Shown: positions 8,166-17,190 of the stretch, one piece after another | Layout: each line of letters opens with the position of its first letter | Numbering within the stretch: position 1 is the stretch's first letter | NCBI RefSeq assembly: GCF_000017845.1 | Contig: NC_010546.1 | Span: 480,001 to 512,000, forward strand | Direction of reading: 5' to 3' | Source: Crocosphaera subtropica ATCC 51142 | GTDB taxonomy: Bacteria > Cyanobacteriota > Cyanobacteriia > Cyanobacteriales > Microcystaceae | DNA: 32,000 nucleotides | The notes under the pieces: model-generated | The model's input: only the letters and a program-made list of their open reading frames with translations | Database searches by the model: none | What the model was told of the DNA's origin: nothing | Position numbers and translations under genes: made by a program

Positions 8166-9608
8166 TTATAGGCGAAAAATTTGGCTTAATCTTTGGCGAA
8201 TCCAAGTCACAGGATCTTTAAGGGATTTTTCGTCAATTAATCCCATTTCTTGTAAGGTTTGTTGATAGTTTTCTACAATATCTTGACGTTTCGCTAATTC
8301 GGAAGCTATCTCTTGACTTAAATGAGGATATTGATTTAATAAATTTTCAAAACAAGGTTTTTCGAGTAAAAATAAATGAGTTTCTGTCGCTGCTATCATA
8401 GTCGTCGGGTAAGGAATTTCTAATAGTAACGGTAACTCTCCAAAATATTGTCCTTCAGTAAAACTAAAGAGAAGACGGCTAACTTTTTGTGTTTCGTAGA
8501 TAGCTTTTATTTCTCCAGATAAAACAATACAAAAATGATTGCCATATTCCCCTTGACGAATAAAAATTTCATCAGTTTTGAGATAGCGACGACCACCTAT
8601 CTCAATTAATTTTCTTAGTTCAAGTTCGTTTAAGTGTTGAAAACAGGGAAAACTTTGTAACGAATCTTTTAAGGTAGGAATCTGAGATTTATCTGGTTTA
8701 AAATTGTTTTCTGACTCCTGAATTTTCTGAGATGGACTTGATAATAATAATTCTGGATTCCTAAGCCATAAATCTCTTTGAGGAAAAGGAATAGAAATAC
8801 CCCTTTGACGAAATTTATATTCAATGATGAAATTAAGAGAACTTTTGATGAGTAAACAACGTTCAATGGTTTCCACCCACACCCATAATTGAAAAATTAA
8901 AGCATTATCTCCGTACTCAAGAAAAACAACTTTAGGAGAAGGATAAGCTAATACTTCTTTTTCAATAAACGCTGCTTCTAATAATAATTCTGTCACTAAA
9001 AGTAGATCACTGCCATAAGCAACACCAACAGATATTTCGATTCTTCTATGACAGTTTTCATAATTCCAATTTTCTACCACTTGACTGGTTAAATCTGTAT
9101 TCGGTACAACTAATTGAGAGCCTTTTAACGTTCGTATCACTGTAGAACGTAAAGATATTTCTTGAATATATCCTAAGTGACCTTTATATTCAATTAAATC
9201 TCCTACTTTTAGTTTACTTTCTCCTAATAACGTTAAACCACTTACCAAATTTCTAGTAATTTCTTGTAACCCAAAACCAATACCAACGCCAAACCCGCCA
9301 ACAATTACAGCAAAAGAAGCTAAATCTAATCCTAAACTTTGTAAAACAAGAATATAGCCTAATGTTGCTATCCCTAAACTACTGAGAGTCCCAATAACTT
9401 CCCTTGTTCCTTCATTAATTTTTAATAAAGCTAATAAATAGTGCTTTAAAAATCGCTTAATACTTCTAGCTAAAATACTAACTAAAATTAATAATAGGAT
9501 AGCTTTCAGCATCCACAAAATGGAAATTGCTTCCCCTCCTATATTAAAAAGAGGTGTGGAAAAAGTGGAATGAAACCATTGTTTAAATAAAGACCAATAA
9601 GCAGGCAT
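8166..9608 (-). CDS. MscS-family mechanosensitive channel fused to a C-terminal cyclic-nucleotide-binding domain (bCNG type)
   Basis: The MscS pore and beta-domain region is visible (FGVGIGFGLQEITRNLVSGLTLLGESKLKVGDLIEY...GYIQEISLRSTVIRT). A cNMP-binding fold follows at the C-terminus (IFIRQGEYGNHFCIVLSGEI...GQYFGELPLL). Confidence 0.9.
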   Translation of the reverse strand: MPAYWSLFKQWFHSTFSTPLFNIGGEAISILWMLKAILLLILVSILARSIKRFLKHYLLALLKINEGTREVIGTLSSLGIATLGYILVLQSLGLDLASFAVIVGGFGVGIGFGLQEITRNLVSGLTLLGESKLKVGDLIEYKGHLGYIQEISLRSTVIRTLKGSQLVVPNTDLTSQVVENWNYENCHRRIEISVGVAYGSDLLLVTELLLEAAFIEKEVLAYPSPKVVFLEYGDNALIFQLWVWVETIERCLLIKSSLNFIIEYKFRQRGISIPFPQRDLWLRNPELLLSSPSQKIQESENNFKPDKSQIPTLKDSLQSFPCFQHLNELELRKLIEIGGRRYLKTDEIFIRQGEYGNHFCIVLSGEIKAIYETQKVSRLLFSFTEGQYFGELPLLLEIPYPTTMIAATETHLFLLEKPCFENLLNQYPHLSQEIASELAKRQDIVENYQQTLQEMGLIDEKSLKDPVTWIRQRLSQIFRL

Positions 9609-9687
9609 TTTTTATTGTCTTAATTGGCATATAGAGTGGGATAAACTAGGTAATAGATAAAGAGAAAAAAGACAAGAAAAATTAAAG

Positions 9688-10656
9688 TTATTTAGAACAA
9701 ACCTGAGTTAACCACTCAACCACTTCTATACCTAAATTCGTACCATCGAGGAGATCAATTTCTCGAATACCGGTGGGACTGGTAACATTAACCTCCGTTA
9801 AATAACCGCCAATCACATCAATACCAACAAAATATAAGCCATTTTTCCGCAATCTTGGCCCCACAACCTCACAAATATGCTCTTCCCTAGGGGTCAATTG
9901 CGTTTTTTCAACCCGTCCACCCACTGCCATATTACCCCGAAACTCTTGACCCGTGGGGACTCGATTCACCGCCCCAATGGGTTTACCATCTAAAAGGATA
10001 ATGCGTTTATCGCCGTTTTTGGCTTCGGGTAAAAATCGCTGAACCATGACCGGTTCTTGACCGTGATAGGTACTCACTTCAATAATCGAATTAAAATTGC
10101 GATCGCCGGGTTCTAAAAATAAAATTCCTTCCCCTGCTTTACCCCCTAACGGTTTCAACACGGCCTGTTGTTTCTCCTCTACAAACTGCCGAATAACCTT
10201 CTTATCCAAACTAACCACGGTTTCAGGCATCACCGAGTAAAATTGTAGGGTGTACATTTTCTCGTTGGCTTCTCGCAACCCTTGAGGGGAATTAATCACC
10301 ACGGTCTTGGTCGGATCAATTAATTCGAGGATATAAGTCGCATACAGATAACGAATGGTCACTGGGGGATCTTTTCGCATCCACACTGCGTCCATGTCCT
10401 CAAGAGAGCGTAATTCTCCTGGAGACACTTGATACCACTGGGACACACTCACCCATTTTCCGTTTTGTAAGGTCACAGACGTTAACTGCACTTGAGATAA
10501 AACGGCCCAAGCTTTCCCATCAATAACACTTAATTGATGAACTTCGGTGATCCAGACTTCATGGCCTAAATTTTGGGCTGCTTCCATAATAGCCACAGTG
10601 CTATCATGAACAGGATTAAGGTTAGCAATGGGATCAATAATAAAAGCGAATTTCAT
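9688..10656 (-). CDS. gshB: glutathione synthetase (ATP-grasp)
   Basis: The protein is collinear with prokaryotic GshB: MKFAFIIDPIANLNPVHDST...VLKPLGGKAGEGI...GDKRIILLDGKPIGAVNRVP...NMAVGG...VGIDVIG. Its ATG overlaps the grxC stop codon. Confidence 0.95.
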   Translation of the reverse strand: MKFAFIIDPIANLNPVHDSTVAIMEAAQNLGHEVWITEVHQLSVIDGKAWAVLSQVQLTSVTLQNGKWVSVSQWYQVSPGELRSLEDMDAVWMRKDPPVTIRYLYATYILELIDPTKTVVINSPQGLREANEKMYTLQFYSVMPETVVSLDKKVIRQFVEEKQQAVLKPLGGKAGEGILFLEPGDRNFNSIIEVSTYHGQEPVMVQRFLPEAKNGDKRIILLDGKPIGAVNRVPTGQEFRGNMAVGGRVEKTQLTPREEHICEVVGPRLRKNGLYFVGIDVIGGYLTEVNVTSPTGIREIDLLDGTNLGIEVVEWLTQVCSK

Positions 10657-10925
10657 TAGGCTGCTGAGTTCTCCAATAAGCTATCGAGTTCCCCAGTCGA
10701 ATCTAGATCGTATAATTCATCACATCCCCCCACATGGCGATCGTTGATAAAAATTTGGGGTACACTGCGTTTTCCGTTAGCCCGTTGGGCCATTTCGTCC
10801 CTAGCATCTTCATCCCCATCAATACAATATTCTGTGAAGTCTACGCCTTTTTTCACTAATAAAGCTTTTGCTCGCAGACAAAAGGGACAGGTACTCCAAG
10901 TATAAATTTCAACGTTAGCTGCCAT
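10656..10925 (-). CDS. grxC: glutaredoxin (Grx3/GrxC type)
   Basis: This 89-aa protein has the CPFC active site, plus the TVPQIF-like (SVPQIFI) and GGCDEL motifs. Confidence 0.9.
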   Translation of the reverse strand: MAANVEIYTWSTCPFCLRAKALLVKKGVDFTEYCIDGDEDARDEMAQRANGKRSVPQIFINDRHVGGCDELYDLDSTGELDSLLENSAA

Positions 10926-11143
10926 CGGTATCTCAAATATTAATTATTATGTCAATTGTACTCTGTTCTGACTGTCTCTTGTGACAGTCGAAGTCAAAGA
11001 AATTAGTCATAATAGATCATTAAAGTTTGTTGTCCTATCATGAAGCGATCGCAAGGGTTATCCGGCCAATAACTCCCACATTATTTATAAAACAACTCTT
11101 ATCCTCACCTGAAACTGTTGTCTATATACTACCCATAAAAGCC

Positions 11144-11929
11144 ATGATAAAAATTACCTCTATTAGTTTAACTGCTTTATTGACAGGGTTCGGGTTAGTT
11201 TTACCAGTTAGAGCCGAAAATTTAGCCCATTTGAGTCAATTATTATCCACCAAACAATGTCAACTCTGCGATTTAACTGGCTCAGGGTTAGTGATGGCCG
11301 ATCTGTCGGGGGCTTCTTTAATTGGGGCTAATTTAGCCGGAGCGAACCTATCTCAAGCTAATTTAGCCGGAGCGGATCTCAGGGGGGCCAATTTAACCGG
11401 TGCCTCGTTATATGGAGCCAATTTAACTGGTGCTAATTTAAGCAGTGCTATCTTAGCAGGAACAGACCTAAGAGACTCTTATCTTACCAATGCTAACTTA
11501 ACCGGCACGAATTTAGCTAACGCTTATGTCCAAGGAGCTAAAGGCATTTCTCAAACGGCAGGAACCCCCGAACTTTTCTATGGATGGGGTTTAATTGAAA
11601 CGAAAGAGGGGAATTATCAAGAAGCGATCGCCCATCATAACAAAGCCTTAATTTTAGACTCAGAATTTGCTCCTGCTTATTTAGCCAGAGGTTACGCCTT
11701 ATTACGGTTAGGAAATGAAAATGGAGCAGTGCTTAATGCAAAAATGGCCTCACAACTCTACGAAAAACAGGAAAATACCCAAGGAAAAGAATTGGCTGAG
11801 AGTTTTGTCGAAAATATTGAAGCCATGCAAGAAGCGAGACGAAAAGGAGGGGGAACCCCTGGGTTAGACAACATTGTTCGGGGGGTGGCTTCTTTGGCGT
11901 TACGATTTTTGCTCCAAGGTGGATTTTAA
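11144..11929 (+). CDS. secreted pentapeptide-repeat protein with a TPR-like C-terminal region
   Basis: The track ORF begins at a TTG (11027). I prefer ATG 11144, which yields a signal peptide (MIKITSISLTALLTGFGLVLPVRA). About 20 A(D/N)LXX pentapeptides follow (ANLAGANLSQANLAGADLRGANLTGASLYGANLTGANLS...). Confidence 0.85.
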   Translation: MIKITSISLTALLTGFGLVLPVRAENLAHLSQLLSTKQCQLCDLTGSGLVMADLSGASLIGANLAGANLSQANLAGADLRGANLTGASLYGANLTGANLSSAILAGTDLRDSYLTNANLTGTNLANAYVQGAKGISQTAGTPELFYGWGLIETKEGNYQEAIAHHNKALILDSEFAPAYLARGYALLRLGNENGAVLNAKMASQLYEKQENTQGKELAESFVENIEAMQEARRKGGGTPGLDNIVRGVASLALRFLLQGGF

Positions 11930-12057
11930 CAGTGAACAGTGACCGATCAATTCAAGGACAACTGATAACAGGTAACCAAAAATGCCCGAAAAACGTATAT
12001 GCTAGAAAAAAAGTAACTTTACGAAACGTTACATAAGGTAATTTGTAATCATTAATC

Positions 12058-12933
12058 ATGCAATGTGTTATTAATCGTCGCGCCCAATTTAGTGCCAGTC
12101 ATCGTTATTGGATACCTGAATGGGACGAAGCTAAAAATAAGCAAGTCTTTGGTGCCTGTAGCCATTTTCCAGGTCATGGTCATAATTATGTCCTCTTTGT
12201 CTCTCTCTGGGGCGAAATCGACCAATATGGCATGGTAGAGAACCTATCTACTGTCAAACAGGTAATTAAAGGGGAAGTGACCTCCCAACTCGACTATGCT
12301 TACCTCAATGATGTCTGGGAAGAGTTTCAAACCACCTTACCCACCACCGAAAACCTGGCCAGAGTCATCTGGCAACGGTTGGCTGACCATTTACCCATCG
12401 TCAAAATACAACTATTTGAACACCCCCAACTCTGGGCCGAATATCAAGGAAATGCTATGAAAGCGACGTTAACCATTCAAACCCATTTTAGTGCAGCCCA
12501 TCGTCTTGCCCTTCCTCACCTCAGTTTAGAAGAAAATACCGAAATTTATGGTAAATGCGCCCGTACCCACGGCCACGGTCATAATTATCACTTAGAGGTG
12601 TCCGTTAGCGGAGAAATTGACCCCCGTACCGGAATGATCGTTGATTTAGGGAAACTGCAAACCATTGTGGAGGATTATGTGGTCGAACCCTTTGATCATA
12701 ATTTTTTGAACAAAGATATTCCCTACTTTGCTGAAGTTGTCCCCACTGCCGAAAATATTGCTCTCTATATTGCCCAACTTCTAGAAAAACCCATCAAGGA
12801 CTTAGGAGTGCAACTGGAAAAAGTTAAATTAATCGAAAGTCCGAATAATTCCTGTGAAATCTATTGTGGTGCTTCTGCTGAGTCCTTCAAGACCCCATCT
12901 CAACAAGCCCCTCAATTAGTGACACTTCATTAA
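12058..12933 (+). CDS. tandem-domain 6-pyruvoyl-tetrahydropterin synthase / QueD-family protein
   Basis: There are two PTPS/QueD modules in one chain. Each carries the Cys...HGHGHNY zinc/catalytic block (CSHFPGHGHNYVLFVSLWGEID and CARTHGHGHNYHLEVSVSGEID) and a SA(S/A)HR motif. Confidence 0.85.
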   Translation: MQCVINRRAQFSASHRYWIPEWDEAKNKQVFGACSHFPGHGHNYVLFVSLWGEIDQYGMVENLSTVKQVIKGEVTSQLDYAYLNDVWEEFQTTLPTTENLARVIWQRLADHLPIVKIQLFEHPQLWAEYQGNAMKATLTIQTHFSAAHRLALPHLSLEENTEIYGKCARTHGHGHNYHLEVSVSGEIDPRTGMIVDLGKLQTIVEDYVVEPFDHNFLNKDIPYFAEVVPTAENIALYIAQLLEKPIKDLGVQLEKVKLIESPNNSCEIYCGASAESFKTPSQQAPQLVTLH

Positions 12934-12978
12934 CTAATGTAACATTATTGCCTTGAGTGTGACTTAGAGACTCAGACT

Positions 12979-13004
12979 AGCCCTAGGGTGTTTCCTGGGG
13001 CTTT
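12979..13004 (+). terminator. terminator-like hairpin after the PTPS gene
   Basis: A 9-bp stem pairs AGCCCTAGG (12979-12987) with CCTGGGGCT (12994-13002), including one G-U pair. The loop is 6 nt. The following T run is short (TTT). Confidence 0.4.
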
Positions 13005-13140
13005 AAACTGAAAGAGGATACCTTTTATTTTATTGGTGTCTAATAACATTAGCAACAATTAGACAGTCTGTTATATAGTTTGATTGTCTGGTTGCGTTTC
13101 AAACATCCAATTCTGAGATTTTTAGAAGGATCAAGCCAAT

Positions 13141-13551
13141 ATGGAATCTAAAGTTCAAGAACAAACCACCCCCAAAGATTTAAGTTCAGAAGCCCCCGGA
13201 ACCCTTACTAAATCTTCTAGTATGGGTGATCAACCCTGGCAAGAATGGGTCGCCCCTGTAGTGGATATTCTCGCAAAAGTTCCCGAATATGTCGGAGAAT
13301 TTTTTAGTGAGTATAAACAACCCCTAACCACTGTAGGACTGTTACTGTTAGCCATAATTAGCGTCAAAATCATTGTCGCTGTCTTAGGGGCGATCGATGA
13401 TATCCCCTTATTAGCCCCCCTCTTAGAAATGGTCGGGTTAGGTTATACTGCTTGGTTTGTTTGGCGTTATCTCTGGAAAGCATCGAACCGCAAAGAGTTA
13501 TTAGCTGAGTTTGATGCGATCAAAAATCAAATGTTTGGTGATAACGCCTAA
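13141..13551 (+). CDS. curT: CAAD-domain / CURT1-family thylakoid membrane protein (CurT-like)
   Basis: It has an acidic N-terminus, then two predicted transmembrane helices, then the conserved block PLLAPLLEMVGLGYTAWFVWRYL characteristic of CAAD/CURT1 proteins. The length of 136 aa fits. Confidence 0.75.
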   Translation: MESKVQEQTTPKDLSSEAPGTLTKSSSMGDQPWQEWVAPVVDILAKVPEYVGEFFSEYKQPLTTVGLLLLAIISVKIIVAVLGAIDDIPLLAPLLEMVGLGYTAWFVWRYLWKASNRKELLAEFDAIKNQMFGDNA

Positions 13552-13582
13552 ATTTAATAGCATTTATACCGTTTTTTCAATC

Positions 13583-13620
13583 CCTCCGAACTTTAATGAT
13601 CGGAGGATTTTTTGTTGTTT
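13583..13620 (+). terminator. rho-independent terminator after curT
   Basis: A 7-bp GC-rich stem pairs CCTCCGA (13583-13589) with TCGGAGG (13600-13606). The loop is 10 nt and is followed by ATTTTTTGTTGTTT. Confidence 0.8.
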
Positions 13621-13747
13621 TAAATCTAACCGAGAAAAAGTAAGCGCACCCAGGGAGAATTAGATATAATACGGTCGGGTTGTTCAATAGACTTAGAGAT
13701 ACACTAAAAAAATATGATCAATCCACTTAGTGTTGAGGAGGAAAAAA

Positions 13748-14203
13748 ATGATGAAAAAATCCCTCGGTTTATGCTCATTAATCGTTATGGGTGCTGGGTT
13801 GGGAGAGTTAGCTTTATCTCCTGAAAGGGCGCAAGCATCAGAACTTTGTAATTATCGCAATGAAATTATACGGGTGTCTGGTGCTTATATCAATGGAGAT
13901 GATACCTGGGTGACTCAGGGATGGTGGTTAGTAGAACCTGGGGAATGTATGGTTTATCCTGATAATTGGTATACTTATGTTCAAGTTGACCGCCACCAAA
14001 CTGTTGAACGGACTTATTTATTAGAGTTAGAAGACGAAGAGATACAAACGGTTGAATTATGCGTTCTTCAAGATAGATATACGTTCTATAATGGAGAAAC
14101 ATTTGAGGTTTGTGACAAACATCATTATGGTTTTACCGATAATTCCATGCAAACATTTTATTTAATTGGTGCGAGAAGAGAACTCATTGAATATACTCAA
14201 TGA
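13748..14203 (+). CDS. secreted hypothetical protein, DUF1036-like
   Basis: The track start at 13730 is GTG. ATG 13748 is preceded by GAGGAGG. A signal peptide is present (MMKKSLGLCSLIVMGAGL...AQA). The block CNYRNEIIRVSGAY...WVTQGWWLVEPGECMVY resembles my memory of DUF1036, but that assignment is tentative. Confidence 0.6.
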   Translation: MMKKSLGLCSLIVMGAGLGELALSPERAQASELCNYRNEIIRVSGAYINGDDTWVTQGWWLVEPGECMVYPDNWYTYVQVDRHQTVERTYLLELEDEEIQTVELCVLQDRYTFYNGETFEVCDKHHYGFTDNSMQTFYLIGARRELIEYTQ

Positions 14204-14587
14204 CAAGGATATTCCATTTTTGTAGAAACATTTTTCTCTGTTATGGAGAACAGGAGTAGGGAATGGATAGGTAAGGGTTAGAAACATAGAATAACTTGTT
14301 ATCAGAAGTTTCTCTAACTATTCCCTAGTTCCCAACCATATTAGCTAATATGAAATGCTGGAGAAAGTGTGAGCTATAAGTATAATTAATTCGCAACAGT
14401 TATGACACCACAAGACACTGAATATGGCTTCAGTTTATTCACAATCAATCAATTTTTACATTAATACTCATTATCCGATTTAGAAAACTGAGCAGTGTGT
14501 GTGAGAAATAAATAAAGTTTATTTATAAGTTAAAAGACAATCTTAAGCTCAAGTCAATCCTCAATGGATGAAGGTAGTAAAAAAACA

Positions 14588-14968
14588 CTAAAATTCAGCA
14601 AAAGGAATCAATCCTCCACTACTTTTAGGATCACCTCGATTGCTATTTTCCCAGTCTTCATTCTCTTTCTCAACATCAATGACATCAGGATTATTTATAC
14701 GATCGGGTGAAATTTCATACTCGATATTTTCAGAGATAATACCGTCGCTTTCTTCGAGATCCCAAGACCATTGTTGACCTTCTTTGGCTTCCAACCCTTG
14801 TAAATCTTGCCACTCTCCTGTGGACGCTTCTAAGGGTTCAACTGTTTCCACATTGGTAACCGAGGGTTCATTGGCCAATACCTCAGGCAAAGAAGCCACG
14901 ATCGCACTTAAAATCATCATACTGATAAAAGCAGGCCAAAGATAATTCACAAGTCGTAAAGGTTTCAT
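14588..14968 (-). CDS. hypothetical secreted/anchored acidic protein
   Basis: This 126-aa protein has an N-terminal hydrophobic helix (WPAFISMMILSAIVASL). The remainder is highly acidic and rich in E, D and W. I recognise no family. Coding status rests on ORF length and the plausible signal sequence. Confidence 0.55.
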   Translation of the reverse strand: MKPLRLVNYLWPAFISMMILSAIVASLPEVLANEPSVTNVETVEPLEASTGEWQDLQGLEAKEGQQWSWDLEESDGIISENIEYEISPDRINNPDVIDVEKENEDWENSNRGDPKSSGGLIPFAEF

Positions 14969-15083
14969 AAGTTATTCGGTGACTCAATCAAAATAAAGAC
15001 TAGGCTAATCAGCCCTATTTATTAAGATAATCAAAACTCAAAAAGATGCAATGTATCAAAAGTATCAAGTGGAAGGTGTTAGG

Positions 15084-15120
15084 GGGAGCAGGGAGCAGAG
15101 GGAGCAGGGAGCAGGGGAGA
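15084..15120 (+). repeat. tandem heptamer array (GGGAGCA)2-GA-(GGGAGCA)2-GGGGAGA; G-quadruplex-type motif
   Basis: Read directly from the sequence: GGGAGCA at 15084-90, 15091-97, 15100-06 and 15107-13, with a degenerate copy at 15114-20. Five G tracts of 3-5 nt (15082-86, 91-93, 100-102, 107-109, 114-117) are separated by 4-6-nt loops. Confidence 0.9.
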
Positions 15121-15270
15121 TAAAGTAAAAAGAATATTAATTAAGTCTCTAGTAACTTGTGAGAATTGGTATAATAAAGCTTGTTATTTCCATAGAATAT
15201 AAACTTTTTAGCTTTGAGTACGTTCACGATTCAAATAGACTAGCTATAGACACTAATTCCCTACAATTTA

Positions 15271-17115
15271 TTAATAAGTGGGACTTTCTTCATATCCCAT
15301 CATTTGTAGTTGATATAAACTGTGATATAAGCCTTTTTCCCTCAGTAATTGTTGATGGCTTCCTGACTCAATAATCATACCTTCTTTCAATACAAAAATT
15401 TTATCCACATCACGAATGGTTGATAAGCGATGGGCAATAATAACGGCTGTTCTATTAATTAATAGCTTTTGTAAAGCTTCTTGAATCAAAGCTTCGGTTT
15501 GCACGTCTAAACTTGCAGTTGCTTCGTCTAACACTAAAATGTGAGGGTTACGAATAGCGACTCTAGCAAAGGCTAATAATTGTTTTTGTCCTCCTGATAA
15601 ATTAGTTCCTCTTTCTCGTAGTTGGGTATGATAACCTTGGGGTAAGTCTTCAATTAAATGATGAACATTGGTTAATTTAGCTGCTTGTTGTACTGCTTCT
15701 AAAGAATAATTTTCCCCTAAAGTAATATTTCGTTTCACATCTCCTGCAAACAAAAAACTCTCTTGTAAAATCATTCCCACATATTGTCTTAATTCTTTTT
15801 TAGAAATATCCCTAATATCAACCCCATCAATAAGAATTCTTCCTTTTGTGGGTTCATATAAACGGGAAAGAAGACGAATAATGGAACTTTTTCCGGCACC
15901 TGTTGGACCGACTAAGGCTACCTTTTCCCCTGGAGAAATAGTAAAATTTAGGTCTTTAAGAACAAATTCATCGGGTTTATACCCAAACCAAACATGATCA
16001 AAACAAATTTCTCCTACCTTATCTTGATATTTTCTACTGTCTAAAAATTGAATATTTTTATCGCTTTCTTTGATTTCTATGGGTTCTTTCATTAACTCTG
16101 TAATCCGTTCAATAGCAGTAAAACCAGCCTGAAACATGGTAAATTTATCTGCAAATTGACGTAAAGGATTAAACAGACGTTGGGCGTATAAAATAAAAGC
16201 TGATAAGGTTCCGAATGTAATGGTATCATCAATAATAAACATACCCCCTAACCAAAGAACCGAAGCGATCGCCACTAAACTAATCCATTCTAAAGTGGCA
16301 GAAACCGCCGAATCATGAAAAATTGTTTTATTCGTTGCCTGACGATAATCACTATTAATTGCCCGAAATAATTCACTATTAAATTGTTCCCGTCGAAATA
16401 ATTGAACCACATTAATTCCTGCTAAATTTTCTTGTAACATGGAATTGAGTTCTGATAATTTTTCCCTTGATTTATAGTTAGCTTTACGATACTGTCTTTG
16501 AAAGTATATGATTAAGACTGTAATGGGAAGCATCATTAATACCAACATCAAGGCTAATTGCGCCTGAACTGTGAACATGGTAACAATGATAAACAGGATA
16601 TAAATCGTATCACTAATAACTCCAATCGCACCACTGGCAAACACATCTCCTAATGCTTCAACATCACTGGTTAAACGAGTAATTAAACGTCCCACAGGGG
16701 TGCGATTAAAAAAACTAATTCCAAGGGAAGTAACATGGGTAAATAAATCGTCTCGTATCGCTGCTGTAATATTTTGTCCTAATTTTTGAACAATAAAGCC
16801 TTGAGTAGATGAACAAACTAAACGAATAATAATAGTAACTAATAATAAAATAATTAAAAATTGTAATCCTTTTTCCAAGGAAAATTGTTGTAAAAAGCCC
16901 CAAGTTTTTTCCTGACGCAATAAAGATACTGCTTGTCCGATAATCAGAGGTTGTATTGCTCCGGCGATAGATAAAGGCAACAATAAGGAAACAGACAATA
17001 ATAATAAGCGAGGATAACGACGTAGATAGGGTATTAGTTTTAGAATTAATCTGCGATCGCTGGTTCGTAAATCCTTGACAGATTCCTTCAACTGTGCATC
17101 AGGAGAAATGGCCAT
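15271..17115 (-). CDS. ABC exporter, fused permease/ATPase (MsbA/MdlB-like half transporter)
   Basis: An N-terminal six-helix ABC membrane domain is followed by Walker A (GPTGAGKSS), the ABC signature (LSGGQKQ), Walker B (ILVLDEATASLD) and the H-loop (IIAHRLS). Confidence 0.95.
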   Translation of the reverse strand: MAISPDAQLKESVKDLRTSDRRLILKLIPYLRRYPRLLLLSVSLLLPLSIAGAIQPLIIGQAVSLLRQEKTWGFLQQFSLEKGLQFLIILLLVTIIIRLVCSSTQGFIVQKLGQNITAAIRDDLFTHVTSLGISFFNRTPVGRLITRLTSDVEALGDVFASGAIGVISDTIYILFIIVTMFTVQAQLALMLVLMMLPITVLIIYFQRQYRKANYKSREKLSELNSMLQENLAGINVVQLFRREQFNSELFRAINSDYRQATNKTIFHDSAVSATLEWISLVAIASVLWLGGMFIIDDTITFGTLSAFILYAQRLFNPLRQFADKFTMFQAGFTAIERITELMKEPIEIKESDKNIQFLDSRKYQDKVGEICFDHVWFGYKPDEFVLKDLNFTISPGEKVALVGPTGAGKSSIIRLLSRLYEPTKGRILIDGVDIRDISKKELRQYVGMILQESFLFAGDVKRNITLGENYSLEAVQQAAKLTNVHHLIEDLPQGYHTQLRERGTNLSGGQKQLLAFARVAIRNPHILVLDEATASLDVQTEALIQEALQKLLINRTAVIIAHRLSTIRDVDKIFVLKEGMIIESGSHQQLLREKGLYHSLYQLQMMGYEESPTY

Positions 17116-17190
17116 AAATGGGAAAAGATTAATAACTGTTACTTAACTTAACACGGTAACACATCTAAAGTCTTGAGTAACACTAAGCCA

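Noticed and set aside
11929-11942. Two-copy heptamer doublets: ACAGTGA x2 (11929-42), ACGTCTA x2 (24151-64) and TTATCAG x2 (29290-303). Also the 10-mer doublet CTCATTTACC x2 (3620-39).
   Set aside because: My rough estimate is that about three exact 7-mer doublets are expected by chance in 32 kb at this composition. Only the four-copy arrays are treated as real repeats.
11990-12057. A possible preQ1-type riboswitch upstream of the QueD/PTPS-family gene (A-rich CTAGAAAAAAAGTAAC).
   Set aside because: There is only a vague A-tract resemblance. No P1 stem or conserved CCC/GGG pseudoknot partners are evident, and the enzyme may not be on the queuosine pathway at all.
14257-14327. An imperfect inverted repeat downstream of the DUF1036-like gene. 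TAGGGAAT (14257-64) pairs with ATTCCCTA (14320-27), and the inner arms are GTTAGAAAC and GTTTCTCTAAC.
   Set aside because: The fold needs a 12-nt asymmetric bulge plus two further bulges, has no U tract, and has no second copy in the window. That is too weak to call a terminator, sRNA or mobile-element end.
15159-15374. A 71-aa plus-strand ORF, plus an extended -10-like TGGTATAAT (15167-75) pointing antisense into the ABC exporter 3' end.
   Set aside because: The ORF overlaps the exporter stop region and looks like AT-rich noise. TATAAT strings are frequent at this composition. An antisense RNA is possible but has no support without transcript data.
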